A stretch of DNA of 63,310 bases, the filler included, from Reticulomyxa filosa (lineage: Eukaryota; Protista; Foraminifera), in the NCBI GenBank assembly GCA_000512085.1. It is 17 parts of 17 records of this genome, joined end to end, with 100 filler letters (N's around TTAATTAATTAA, not from the genome) between each part and the next. Parts side by side here need not be neighbours in the genome. Positions count along the whole stretch, not along the records: positions 24,814 to 26,628 come from ASPP01010618.1; positions 26,729 to 28,722 come from ASPP01023293.1; positions 28,823 to 31,139 come from ASPP01047349.1; positions 31,240 to 32,986 come from ASPP01002889.1; positions 33,087 to 42,395 come from ASPP01009837.1; 12 more parts are not named here. One strand, written 5' to 3'. Both the position numbers and the translations under genes were made by a program. The notes under the pieces are model-generated. The model searched no databases, was not told the origin of the DNA, and worked only from the letters and a program-made list of their open reading frames with translations. Positions 25,400 through 37,639 of the stretch are shown here, in pieces. Each line of letters begins with the position of its first letter. Within the stretch, counting starts at the first letter, position 1.

Positions 25400-26212
25400 T
25401 TACAAAGGTGCTTTTTTTGGCATATCGTCAGGAACATTGACTAAACGACAAGAAGTGACATTGTTGGTAGTGTCAATTTCATAAAAGCCACCATTTGAAT
25501 AATTTTTTGCGTGTGTGGCCATTTGATAACAAATTTTGGCAATCTCAGGAACTGGTGTCCACTTGGAGATATCGGCATCTGGCATTGCTTTTCGATTCGC
25601 TGCGGTGTCAATTGTCTTTGGTAAAATGCACATGATGTCATAAGCATTGTTTTGCGTAGTGCATTTATCTGTGCATTGCACCAATTGATGCAACATTGCC
25701 TTTGATATCGCATATGACATCATTATTTGCACCGGTACTCCGGCTTTCCAATGATGAAACGCATTGTAAGAGCCGGTCAGTATACATACTTTATTGGACT
25801 TGGATGTCTTTGTTTCCGGCAAAAAGCGACTAGCCAAGCAAGTGGCTACACAAGCACTCAATCCATTGATTCGATACATTTGTTCCATATGTTCCAGAAA
25901 TTGCTCTTGATTTTCATGATGGTTATCCATTACAAATCCACCTGCCGTGTGAACCACACAATCCAATGTCTTGGCATTATGTGTCTTCAAAAATTTCTCC
26001 ACTGCTCGTGATGATTTCTCAAAGTGTTCCAAACTGCCGGCATTTTTGTCAATCACACATGATGATGTGACATATTGTGTAGACTCTTTCGGCACACTAG
26101 CCACGTCCACGGACAATGTCAACCAACCTTGTTCACTAAATTGTTTCAATACCCCTCGGCCCAATGCACCTGACCCACCATATACTAAGGCCTTTCGCAA
26201 AGAACTAGCCAT
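25400..26212 (-). CDS. QDPR: Dihydropteridine reductase (SDR family)
   Basis: LVYGGSGALG, HTAGGF, catalytic YAISK, and LPKTIDTAANRKAMPDADISKWTP, which matches the QDPR C-terminal signature. Confidence 0.92.
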   Translation of the reverse strand: MASSLRKALVYGGSGALGRGVLKQFSEQGWLTLSVDVASVPKESTQYVTSSCVIDKNAGSLEHFEKSSRAVEKFLKTHNAKTLDCVVHTAGGFVMDNHHENQEQFLEHMEQMYRINGLSACVATCLASRFLPETKTSKSNKVCILTGSYNAFHHWKAGVPVQIMMSYAISKAMLHQLVQCTDKCTTQNNAYDIMCILPKTIDTAANRKAMPDADISKWTPVPEIAKICYQMATHAKNYSNGGFYEIDTTNNVTSCRLVNVPDDMPKKAPL

Positions 26213-26728
26213 TATCTATTCTTTTTATATGTTTTTTTTATTCTACTTGAACGTTCAAAGTTTTTAGTTTTTGTGTCCGTTTTCAAATAATCCGGTATTA
26301 AATAAATTCCTGAAAAAATCGTTCTAAATCCGAGTTGTGCGTCAACATTTCAAATGATAAAAAGATTTAAATAAGAAGTTGGTTAGTAAAAAGAAACGTT
26401 CCAATTATGTCCAGTGAATACGCTTCAAAGTTAACAAAAAACACTTTTCAAGAACGTACACCTCTTTGAAATTCAAATATAGACTTTTTTTCTTTTAATA
26501 AACAATCGTTTGCTTTCTTGAGACTGGCCGGGTGTCATGAACAAAAGAGACCCTCATCAAAAAAGCAGTCCTAAAAGAAACACCACGTTTTTCTCAAGGG
26601 CCAAGATTATCAGGACCCTTTTTTTTTTNNNNNNNNNNNNNNNNNNNNNNNNNNNNNNNNNNNNNNNNNNNNTTAATTAATTAANNNNNNNNNNNNNNNN
26701 NNNNNNNNNNNNNNNNNNNNNNNNNNNN

Positions 26729-27554
26729 ACTTCTGTTCAATTTTCACCTGATGGTAACAGAGTTGTGTCTGGCTCATGGGATAAAACCATTAGATTGTGG
26801 GATGTATTATCTGGAAAACAAATTCAATCTTTTGATGGTCATTCGGATGCTGTTTCTTCTGTTCAATTTTCACCTGATGGAAACAGAATTGTGTCTGGTT
26901 CATGGGACAAAACCACTCGGTTGTGGGATATTTCTTCTGGAAAACAAATTCAATCTTTTGATGGTCATTCAGATGTCGTTTCTTCTGTTCAATTTTCACC
27001 TGATGGAAACAGAATTTTGTCTGGTTCATGGAACAAAGCCATTCTATTGTGGGACATATCTTCTGGAAAACAAATTCAATGTTTAAAAGGTCATTCAGAT
27101 GCTGTTACTTCTGTTCAATTTTCATTTGATGGTAGCCTAATTGTATCTGGTTCAAGAGATACAACTATTCGTTTGTGGGATGTATCATCTGGAAAACAAA
27201 TTCAATGTTTAGAAGGTCATTCTAGATGCTGTTACTTCTGTTCAATTTTCACCTGATGGTAAAAGAATTATATCTGGTTCGTCTGATAAAGCCATTCGAT
27301 TGTGGGATGTGTCTTTTTCTCACGTTGCAGACATATCTGGTGTTTCGAGTAATTCACATTTGATTCATTTTTCAGCAGATGAGAACCGGTCTTTATTGGA
27401 TATGCAAGATAGAAAATCTTTTTTGTGGAAATGCATTTGGCAGGGTGGTGTCCAAAGCACTGGTTTGTCATTGAAAGGAAGTACTTGGAAAGGTGAAAAA
27501 GGTTTAACGCTTTTACAGATGTCAGTTGTTGAACAATATGGTGGAACTTTTTGA
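26729..27554 (+). CDS. WD40-repeat protein C-terminus with near-identical 126-bp repeats; frameshift at ~27223
   Basis: Five units of [39 protein letters not shown]. One inserted base (CATTCTAGATGCT versus CATTCAGATGCT). Tail CIWQGGVQSTGLSLKGSTWK. Confidence 0.88.
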
Positions 27555-27659
27555 GTTTGTTTTTTATTGAAAAATTTATTTTGGAATTTTTTGTAATGTT
27601 TTTCTTTTTTACTTGGCTAAGTATTCATTTACTTGTGCACCTCATTGGAAATGATCACA

Positions 27660-28511
27660 TTTTTTAGTATTTGACTTGTATATCTTTATTGAAAGAGCTA
27701 AAGTAAAAATAATTTTGTAGACAAATCACAGATTATCTTTCATATATATTGTACTATCTTATCTCTTGCATTTATTTGAAAGGTTATACATTTAATTTTT
27801 TTATCTGGCTTTTACATCAAGACTTTTTTTTTGTAACAAAAATTTATTAATTAAATCTATATCAAACTGTAAAGAAAAAATAATCTATTTAACAAAAGTT
27901 TACACTTGTGTTTAAAAGAAGCTTTTATGTGTGATGCAAAGATATGCTGTCAGTTTTTTCCAGTTCTCTTTGTATGTCCTTTGCAGTTTTACACTTCTCA
28001 GTCAACCACCTGATCAATCACATGCGCATTTTATCACTCAAAATGATTTTCTTCATGATCCATGCTTTTTGTTGATATTACAGTTTGTTTAAAACGTCTT
28101 TTTCCAATTTTGGACAGTCATCACACCAACATTGAAATGTTTTGCCACTTTTCGCATAGACTTTCCATACAAAAGCTTTTGCATAGATCTTCACTTTGTA
28201 AACTCATCAAAGTGCTTATCCATATCATTTTTACTTTCTTCTGTGTTTATTGTGCGTTAAATAGTTTAATATTAGTCAGTATAATTCATTTTAAACTTTT
28301 TTGTTTGAACTTTTCAAACCCCTGAGAAAAAAATGAAAACTTTCAAATAAATGCAAGAGATAGATAGTACAACATAGAGGAAATATAGTCTTTGATTTGC
28401 TCTATGTATATACAAAATTATTTTGCTTTAGCTCTTTTCAATAAAGATATACAAGTCAAATACTAAAAAAGCCCTTTTTTTTTGGTGTAAAATCTTTTTT
28501 GCAAACTAATG
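27660..28511 (-). mobile_element. Internally deleted Tc1/mariner-IS630-type DNA transposon, copy 1 (left ~40 bp missing)
   Basis: Inverted repeats TTTTTAGTATTTGACTTGTATATCTTTATTGAAA... and ...ATAAAGATATACAAGTCAAATACTAAAAAA. Right end TTTGCAAACTAATG|TA. Decayed HTH on the minus strand from ATG 28223. Confidence 0.82.
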
Positions 28512-28848
28512 TAGAAAATTCTCACACTGAACTATTTCTGGACGTAAAATCATTCACCTTCTAAGAAAAGAGTCCAAGTGAATAGTGCAATCGATAGTAG
28601 AAACAAGCTAAAAAGTCGAAAGCAAAGAACTTTTAATGAGTACATCTGAGTAATAGAAAGTGGGCAATTCTCAAGTTTTTCATATTCACAATTTGTGAAA
28701 ACAGCAAAAAAAGAAAGAACTGNNNNNNNNNNNNNNNNNNNNNNNNNNNNNNNNNNNNNNNNNNNNTTAATTAATTAANNNNNNNNNNNNNNNNNNNNNN
28801 NNNNNNNNNNNNNNNNNNNNNNAAAAAAAAAAAAAAGCAGCAGGAGAA

Positions 28849-31139
28849 TTGCAAGGCAAAATGACATTGGCTGCTTTGAGCGAGCAAAAACATTATATGG
28901 TGTTGTACGAACGTGCAAGACAAGTCATTCACGTATACAAATGGGGTGAACGAATTGTGGACTCTTTGCAAAAAGTAAACAACAAAACCATTGCATTGAA
29001 CGAGTCTATACTACCTCAAGATTTTTATGTTACGAGTATGTGTTTCGACAACAAAGATGACAGTTTATACATTTTAGATAACAAAAATACAATTCGCTGC
29101 ATTGAATTGGATACCGGTCTGTACAGACACGATCGCGAAATTGTTTGCAAAGAACAATACTCCAAAATAATGACGACATTGGAAGGAGGATATATTGTTG
29201 GAATCAAGCCTCATGAGCAAGGAGAAGAAAAAGAACAGCAGACACAAATTCTGCCAGTACCAGTGCTGATGCAATCCGATTGTGATTTGGATGTAATGAT
29301 CGAAGAATATATGCAAGCATTTGACAAAGCATCGAGAAATAATGACAAACTCGGAAACACAGATACGGAAGAAGAGGACATACAGATTCTTGGATCTGAG
29401 TTGACCACTACTGCCAGTTCTCTCGTGAAACGTGCACCAACTGGTTTGGTGCAATGTGATTTTTATGTACTTGACGATTCCAACGAACTTGTGCGCAGTT
29501 TGGTATTACCAAAAGAATTCACGTCGAATGGCATTCACAACATTCAATTTAAGCTAATTCTTCAACAACAAATTTATGTCGTCTTTTTGGATAGTCAATT
29601 TGTCCTCCACTGTCTGCCTTTGCATGTGTCCCTGAAAAAATCACAATTACATGTCGAATTAATATCCATGCATGGAAATTCGACTGCCAGTGATGATCAG
29701 ATAATTCGGTCAAAGAAACTAAGCAAATTGGATTATATTGAGTACAGTTTGGACAAATTCGGGTCTAAGCCAGAGTTTTATTCATTACCCAAATTGACTC
29801 TCCATTTATCTGTTTTGTTGGATGTAAATGAAAGTCGTCAATCATCATCAGCATCATGGGTTTCGAAGGAAAGAATGACACAAGCATCCAATTTAGTGCT
29901 TTATGCGTGCAATAAGATTAATCACAATACCAAAAAAATATTTACGTTTTTGGATTGGCAATGTGTACCCAAGGTAATTAATGGCATTATTAATCCGCAC
30001 GATGTTTTGAAATTGGTAAAAAATCGCAATTCTTTGAGAAATGGAGACGATTTTATAAGACAATTGATTATTCAATTTCCAATGCAAATTGCTCGTGCCT
30101 CTGAGGGTGAATTTATATTATTGCACAATGGTGAAAATAATCAAGCACGTTATGCACGTTGTATTACAAACAGTGATTTTATCGAGCGCATTCGATTTGG
30201 AGGCTATGACGCACTAATCAACTCGTGGCCAGGAAAAATTCGAGTGATAAGCAGTATGGGAAAACAATCGACTGGCAAGTCTTATATGTTGAATCATTTG
30301 CTGGGATGCAAATTCGATATTTCGGGTGCTCGTTGCACAGATGGAGTTTGGATCACTGCAAGGATTGCTGGAGATGTGTTATACGTCATTTTGGACTTTG
30401 AAGGACTAGGGTCATTTGAACGATCTCCACAAGAGGATGCTCTTTTGTCTGTGTTCAATGCAGCCATTTCCAATTGCACCATATTCAGGTGTGAGAACCG
30501 TTTCGATCAAGATATTGCCAAAATGTTTGAGAGATTCCAAAAAGGAGTCCAGTTTTTACAAGATGACAATGACAAATTGTTCAGAGGTCGTTTGCTCATT
30601 GTTGTCAAAGATATTGCAATTACAGACATCAAACAAGTCATGAATGAATTTTCCAAAAAAATTGCATCCTTTTGTCGCAACGGCACAAATGGAGAGTCGG
30701 AATCATTTGTGATGCAAATGTACAAAGATTCGATCAACATTCATGTTGAGCCTTATCCTCCATTAATGCATGAATTATTTTTTAAAAAATTGGCTGCTTT
30801 GCAAATATTGATTGAAGGCTCTCCGAAAACGCACAGTGGTGGTATCCCACCTTCACCAATCATCCATGTAGATGGTGGTATTCCTTTCTTGCGACACATG
30901 AAAGCAGTTATGGCAAAGCTGGCAATGAAAGATTGGAATTCCAATCTAAGCGATCAGATTGTGGAATCGGCAGTGGAGAGGGTGAAACAACACATAAAGA
31001 GTGTAATCAATTTTGGAACATTAGCTATATCAAAAGAACAAGAATCGTTGGAACGCTTTGATATCACTGAGAATATGGAAGTAGTGAGTTTGGCCAAAAA
31101 AGAAAAAATAATTGTAAAGAATTCAGATGTGATCAACGC
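28849..31139 (+). CDS. Very large GTPase with VLIG/GBP/RHD3-type G domain, internal fragment
   Basis: Uninterrupted ORF of >760 aa. G1 GKQSTGKS, G2 RCTDG, G3 DFEG, then ERSPQEDALL and a G4-like VVKD. N-terminal part is beta-rich. Confidence 0.85.
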
Positions 31140-32681
31140 NNNNNNNNNNNNNNNNNNNNNNNNNNNNNNNNNNNNNNNNNNNNTTAATTAATTAANNNNN
31201 NNNNNNNNNNNNNNNNNNNNNNNNNNNNNNNNNNNNNNNGCGAACAAAAAAAAAGGAACTCACAAACTTCCCTTCTTTTAAAAAACTAAGGTTGTTCTTC
31301 CAGCTTGAGACTAAACAGCACTATTGTTTTGCTTCATACAACTCACAAAAAAAAAACCTTTTCAAATACTCTTTGACGTAATAATTAACTACGAAAAAGG
31401 AGAAACTTTAAAGAAAAGCCAACATTAAATTTGTAACATCGTGAACTGATTCTTAAATTTCTTTTTGGCAGTTATTTGCTTTTGGTAGTCCCTGTTTAGA
31501 GCATACCACCTTGGTAGCAAATCTCAGTTTACCATATCAAAAATTTTAAAAAAGTATTTACGGATTAAAATACTTGAGATATATCAGATTCGGTTAAGTT
31601 AAAAAATTATGGAGAGTTATATGAATAACAAAATTTGTAAATAATCCGATAAAAAAAATGAAGTAACTTCAAACAACAAATCAGCTTCAGTTTGCACATC
31701 ATCACCTCCTTTCTTGATTGCCTTGCTCCTACTCCTTTTGTAAGAAAATTCAATTACCACCTCATTTGCTTCCTTCTTTCTAGGAAAAAGCAGTAATTTC
31801 AAAAACATTTCATTTTGTCGTTGGTACAACATTTGAATTTTTCAAACAAGCGCAGCCGCACAATATTTGAAATAAAAATAGACATAATCATAATTTCGAA
31901 GTTGTCGATAATTTATCGATGTATGTTGTCGATCAACGTGTTGGTAATAGATAAATGCTTCAATCAAGTTAGTATGTCCATACAAAATTATCGAGAAGCT
32001 AGTGCCAATCACAATGAAAATATTATCAGCATATTAATTTGAAAAAACAATGCGTGTATCAAAATTGAGAAAATTAGTCGAATCTGCCAACGCAAATACT
32101 GACGATAATAAAAATCCTGAAGCCTCAAATAACATGTCATCACAAACTAAAGATCCAATAGTATGTCCAAACAATGCTCAAAATGAACCAACTAAAGAAA
32201 TAGTATACTTATGACACGATACAAAATCAATTGGAACGTCCAAAAGTTCTTCATTTACACACTTAGAATTTTTGTCAGACACAGCAATAATTTATTCTAT
32301 CATTTTAATGTAATAATAATTTCTGCTTAACTCTTTTAGTTTTTATCTTTACATTTTCACGTTACCATTTAGACTAGGTTTCCCTACAATTGTATGAAAA
32401 AATGAATATTATTGGCCATTGAAATTGCAAACTTTGCTGTTATTGCTTTTCTTTTTTTTTTTTCTTGAAATTAGAATTTGTAATATGCTACTGCCATTCA
32501 TATTACCTTTAATGTAAAGATAAATTTGGAAATGCTTTTAAAACGTAAGAAGACACAGAAAACATGTTAAGAAAGCCGCAAAAGCAATATTTTACCCCGA
32601 AAAGACAAAAATCTTATAATCATAGTTTTTCGAATTGTGTTTGTAAATAAGCTTTGCAGTGGAGAGAATCAATAATCGAAG

Positions 32682-32972
32682 ATGGGTAGTTGTGGAAGCA
32701 ATGATGGTGAATTAGATAGAGAACTGCGAATAGCGTCGGACCAGTCTAAAAAGATTCATAAGTTGCTATTGTTAGGTCCCGGTAGCAGTGGCAAGTCGAC
32801 ATTTTTCAAACAACTGACACAAATCCATGGTGCAAAGTACAGTGAAATAGACAAACAGCATTCTGTACCGTTTATTCACGATTCCATTTTGGAGCAAATG
32901 AAAAGCATTATCTACTCGGCATATGAAGAATTTCATTGCACCTTTGAAGAAAAGACTGAAGAAGCAGCCCAA
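32682..32972 (+). CDS. Second G-protein alpha subunit, first exon
   Basis: MGSCGS lipidation start. KLLLLGPGSSGKSTFFKQLTQIHG. Confidence 0.88.
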
Positions 32973-33114
32973 GTTTGTTTCTGTCANNNNNNNNNNNNNN
33001 NNNNNNNNNNNNNNNNNNNNNNNNNNNNNNTTAATTAATTAANNNNNNNNNNNNNNNNNNNNNNNNNNNNNNNNNNNNNNNNNNNNAAAAAAAAAAAAAA
33101 AAAAAAAAACTTAC

Positions 33115-33605
33115 CATCAATACAAAATTCAAGTGCTTGCTTTTCAGAAAAGTCATCTTTGTAAAAAGCGTCACAATAACCATAAATGTAAGTGGATCCA
33201 GAACCACTAATACTCCAACGCTCTTTGGTCAAGTTTCCCCCAAGGCTGATGGAATAAACTTGGCCACCTTCATAAGGGTCCCATCCTCCCACTATCATCC
33301 CGGCTGACAAATAATCTTTATTGGCGTAGACAAGTCCGTTGACCAATTTGGCTGCTGTTTTTACTCGTGGGCTTTCATTCAATTCTGAACTTTGTTGCTG
33401 CAGAAAATACGAAACATAATCACCTATCGCTTCCGTGTCTGATGCGCTTCCACTACAGCACACATAAATATAGTCACTTAGTCTTGCGATCTTGTCTGTA
33501 AATCGATTGCAAATGTAAATGCCTACACTCGTTCGAGTGTCTGCTGCCAATACGACACCACCTTTAAAGGTGCAGGCAATAATTGAAGTCTGTGTCAACC
33601 CACAT
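33115..33605 (-). CDS. PSMB6: 20S proteasome subunit beta1 (PSMB6/Pre3), 5' part
   Basis: TSIIACTFKGGVVLAADTRTS...NRFTDKI...SGSASDT...GWDPYEGGQVYSI...SGSGSTYIYGYCD. The ATG at 33605 is out of frame by 2 nt at the propeptide Gly. Confidence 0.9.
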
Positions 33606-34233
33606 TTTTTTGCAAGCTTTTTGTTATTGCTTTTGTTTAGTCCTCCTTCCTTTTATCTTTGTCACTCACTAGGTTTTGAGTAGTTGAAAAAAAAAACAAG
33701 GTAAATATATTATGCTTAACATACTCCCAAAGAAACTTTTCCAAACGCTGGTTTGAAATTTTTTGCTTCGGAAGCTGTTATAGCATGAAGTGAAGCCATG
33801 ATATAATAAAAGATATGTTGGGGTTTTTTTTGCACAAGTTACGCTCAAAAACCCTGTCACTACACATAGGGCTATAAGAAACTTTTTTCTGATACAAAGA
33901 AAAAGGAGCAGAGGATAGTACTTGTTACTAATTTTCTTTATCTTTTTTTAAACGCCTGTTGAAATGTGCATTTACTTGTTGAATTTGATTATTTTGTAAC
34001 CTCAAATTTGTTTTGTATATCTTGCCCTAATATTTGCTGGACAGTTCATAATTTTTAAAAATATCATTCTGCATACTTCAAATGTGTAATTATTTAAAAT
34101 CTATTTTGTACACGTAAAACAAGTTTTGCGCCAGTGCTTCAAGTTCGTCAAGGAGCCTAACCTAAAACTTGAAAATTCCTGTTTAACTTTTGGCAAAAAT
34201 CTTAAATCAGTAAGTGTTAACCTGGTATAAAAA

Positions 34234-34583
34234 ATGACGGATAACAAGATCGCGCAAGTGCAGGAAGAAATTGACAGAACTAAAGGTGAGGTAAAACGTG
34301 GCATAGAATTAGCGATAGACCGTGGAGATCGTTTGGAAGATTTAGATACCAAAGCCGAAAATCTTAACAATGAGGCGGTCAAATTTAATAAAAATGCAAA
34401 AAAAGTACGCCGACATTTTTGCCTCGAAAAATGGAAAATGATAGCCCTTGTTACAACCATTATCTTGGTGAGTTTATTCATGTCATGTTTGGGTACGTAC
34501 ACAAAACAGTAAAAGTTTTTTCTTGTTCATAGATTGTTATTTTGATCATCGCGCTTGTTATCTGGTCGCAGACAAAGAAGTAA
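34234..34583 (+). CDS. Synaptobrevin/VAMP R-SNARE, 2 exons
   Basis: IDRGDRLEDLDTKAENL R-SNARE motif. C-terminal TM helix split by intron 34468-34532. Confidence 0.92.
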
Positions 34584-35597
34584 GAAGGAATTTTTTGCCA
34601 AATGAACATTTGATTTGTTTGTTGTTTTTGTTTTGAGGTCACACTGTCTCGTTAAGTTGACAAGGTTTTAATAACTCTAGTTCAATGAGTTGAAACAAGC
34701 CTTGATGAAATAGTTTTTTATTGTGGCATATTTCAGCCCTCACTTCCCAATCTTATCCCGATTGTTTTTTCAAACTTGTAAGAAACAGTCACGACCTTTT
34801 TTTTCTTTTTTGACATAAAAGAATTTGGTGCATGATGTTTATTATAATGTCTCATGCATCATTTTTTATCCGTTAAAAAAACAACCCTTTATCTATGTAC
34901 GTGTGATTTCAAACTTGCATTTTGAATGTAAAAGATACCACACATGAATGGTATGCGCAATGTTAATCAAAAGTATAGTTGGGTGTTTTAAACCCTCAAA
35001 ATTGATTTATTTTTTTTGGGAATTTGTTAGTGTTATGATATAAGGAAGCCTGACTTCTAATTTTTAACACGAGAAGAATTAAAAACTAAAACTTAAAATG
35101 CGCTTATAAAGGCTCAATTTTTTTTTTAAGTACAAAAACGAATGAAAATTTTTAAAATATCTATAAATCATATGGATCTTGTATCGTTTTAGTTTGTCTT
35201 ACTTAATTTTTGGCCAATTTTTAATATTTTAGCTGTTTCTGGGGTATTTTTTTAAAAGATACTCGAAGTTTTTAAAAATGTCAAACTTTAAAAGGTATAA
35301 TTGAGCATTTTGTCTTCAGAAGCCATTGCATAAAGTATTTTTTACAAACAAAAGAGTATCCTAAAAAAACTATTGACAATTAATAAGTGCAAAATTAAAA
35401 TCTCAAGTAATCAGAGTAAAATGCAAACATAAAAAATGTAAAGAAAGATCCAATATTTTGAAAGACGAAATGATATTTAAAACCTACCGACTTGTAAATA
35501 TTTTCAAAATTTTCACTAACTCTGTTTTTTCACGAAGAAATTGTCTTCACAAGGGCGGTGCTCCAGTACTAAAAAAAGTTTATTCAACAACAATAAA

Positions 35598-37029
35598 ATG
35601 CGCCGCATAGCGATTTGTTTATCAGCTGTTTGTGTCAATATCGCTCATGAAAATACGGGTAACGAAAATAAGACGTTACAATTTCCAAAAATAGATCGTT
35701 TAAGAGCGTTAAAGCGTGAACTGTTAAGTGCGCCTGATACCGCTCCAAGTGGTTGTGTGGAAGCAATACGAGATTATTTGTGGCTACAAAAACAGTTGGT
35801 GGGTTTTCCCGGATGTAGTATTACAATAATACATAAGAATCGCGTAATAATGAATGAAGGCTTAGGTTATATTGACCTAGAGAATCGAGTAGCAGCGACA
35901 TCAGAATCAGTCTATCGAATAGCAAGTATAAGTAAGACATTGACGAGTACTGCATTAGGAGTGTTGTTGTATCGAAAACAATTGCAATTAGATGATAGCA
36001 TCACCAAGTACTTAACAGATTATGTTATTCCAGGAGTTGCTACACCACAAAATGAAATCTTAACGAAAGAAGGAGAGAGTATCAATAATTGTTAAAAAAA
36101 AAAAATGCAGTAAACTGATTTTTTTACATAATCCGTTTCGTGTATCCGCAACATAATTTTTTTTGGAACGCACAAAAAAAAAAAAAAAAAAAAAAAGGAC
36201 ACAAAGTAAATATGATATAACGATCCGCCAATGTGCAAGCCATACCTCTGGTATTCGTCATTACAATCCAAAATCCAATGAATTTTTATCACAAACTCGT
36301 TATGAGTCATCAAAACAGGCATTGAAAATATTTGAAAAAGATCCATTACTGTTTGTCCCAGGCACGAATTTTTATTATTCCACTTACAATTATACGGTGC
36401 TATCTGCAATAATAGAATCGATTACAAAACAATCGTTTGAGTCCTTTTTGCAGACCCAAGTGTTTTGTCCTTTACAAATGGATCACACTTATTGCGAATA
36501 TCACAGTCCCATCATTCCTCATCGTAGCAAACAGTATAAAAGAAACGATTCACACACTCAACTTATTAATGCACCTTTTGTTGACAACTCAAACAAATTT
36601 GCAGGAGGTGGAGTTCTGTCAACAAGTTGGGATATTGCTTGGTTTGGTCATGTATTGATTAACCGAATGGACGACGAACTACTTTTACCAAAAGATGTAG
36701 TGTTGCAATTACTCGCCCCGTATAAGAGACAAAACATAGATAATAAAGACAGCTCAGAGAACATGCTATTAACAAGTAAGGATGGCAAAAAATATGGATA
36801 TGGTATTGGATGGAAAGTTCAAATTTCGGATGTGTGCAAAAGCGCAAATGGAGATGATATTGTTTATTTGTTGGAAGCATCACACAGCGGTGGAGCTTGT
36901 GGAGGCTCTTCATTTTTATTAGTCCGTCCGAAAGAACAATTAGTTGTCTGCATAATGATCAATTTTGATGATGCTCCTGTAACTGCAATTGCGACACAAA
37001 TTGCTCAAATTGTGGAATCTTTAATTTAA
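35598..37029 (+). CDS. LACTB-like serine beta-lactamase-fold protein, 2 exons
   Basis: YRIASISK (SxxK), HTSGIRHY, YSTYNY, KFAGGG and HSGG. Intron ~36091-36197. Confidence 0.88.
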
Positions 37030-37156
37030 ATTTTTTGCTAATATTTTCATAAAAAATTTGTAAAACTTAGGTGTGGAATTTTTTTAAAAAGTTTAAGTAT
37101 CAAGAAAAAAAGTTTGAAAGATAGTAATGCAAAAAATATCAAAAAACAAATAAATA

Positions 37157-37378
37157 TGTAGGGAAAGTCTATATTATACAATCTCAAATACTAATGGAAC
37201 GGTGGGACCATCGGTGGGTTAAACCCTCTTCACAAACACAAGTCACTTTTGTCTTGTTTTTACTTGTTTCATTTCTTGTGTGTAATTATTTTTGTCCATT
37301 TACTCTTCTTTTACTGAAGTTGCTTTTTTGGAACTAAGTTTCTTTCGTATTACACTTAGTCTTCTCAATATTCCTACA
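37157..37378 (-). mobile_element. 222-bp solo-LTR-like element, copy B (inverted relative to A)
   Basis: TGTAG...CTACA ends. TSD AATA at 37153-37156 and 37379-37382. The reverse complement aligns end to end with 6115-6333. Confidence 0.85.
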
Positions 37379-37639
37379 AATATGTTAAAATAATAAATTA
37401 CATAAATGTCATTAAGATTTAACATTACTTCGTTATGATATCTAGAGCTTGAAAAGGTTATTGAATCGAAAGTAAAATCAAAAGTTTTTTATTTGATAAT
37501 AACCAGTCTTGAAGTTGAATGGATTATATACCATCACAAAAAAGACAACGCTAAAACTAACTAAAGGACATAAATCAAATCGATTTAATTTTGTTAATAA
37601 ACACAAAATTAGACTGTATATAATTGTAAAAAAGTAATA

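Noticed and set aside
35598-37029. Beta-lactamase as an antibiotic-resistance gene or recent bacterial transfer
   Set aside because: It has an intron, host-like composition and LACTB-type motifs, a family widespread in eukaryotes.
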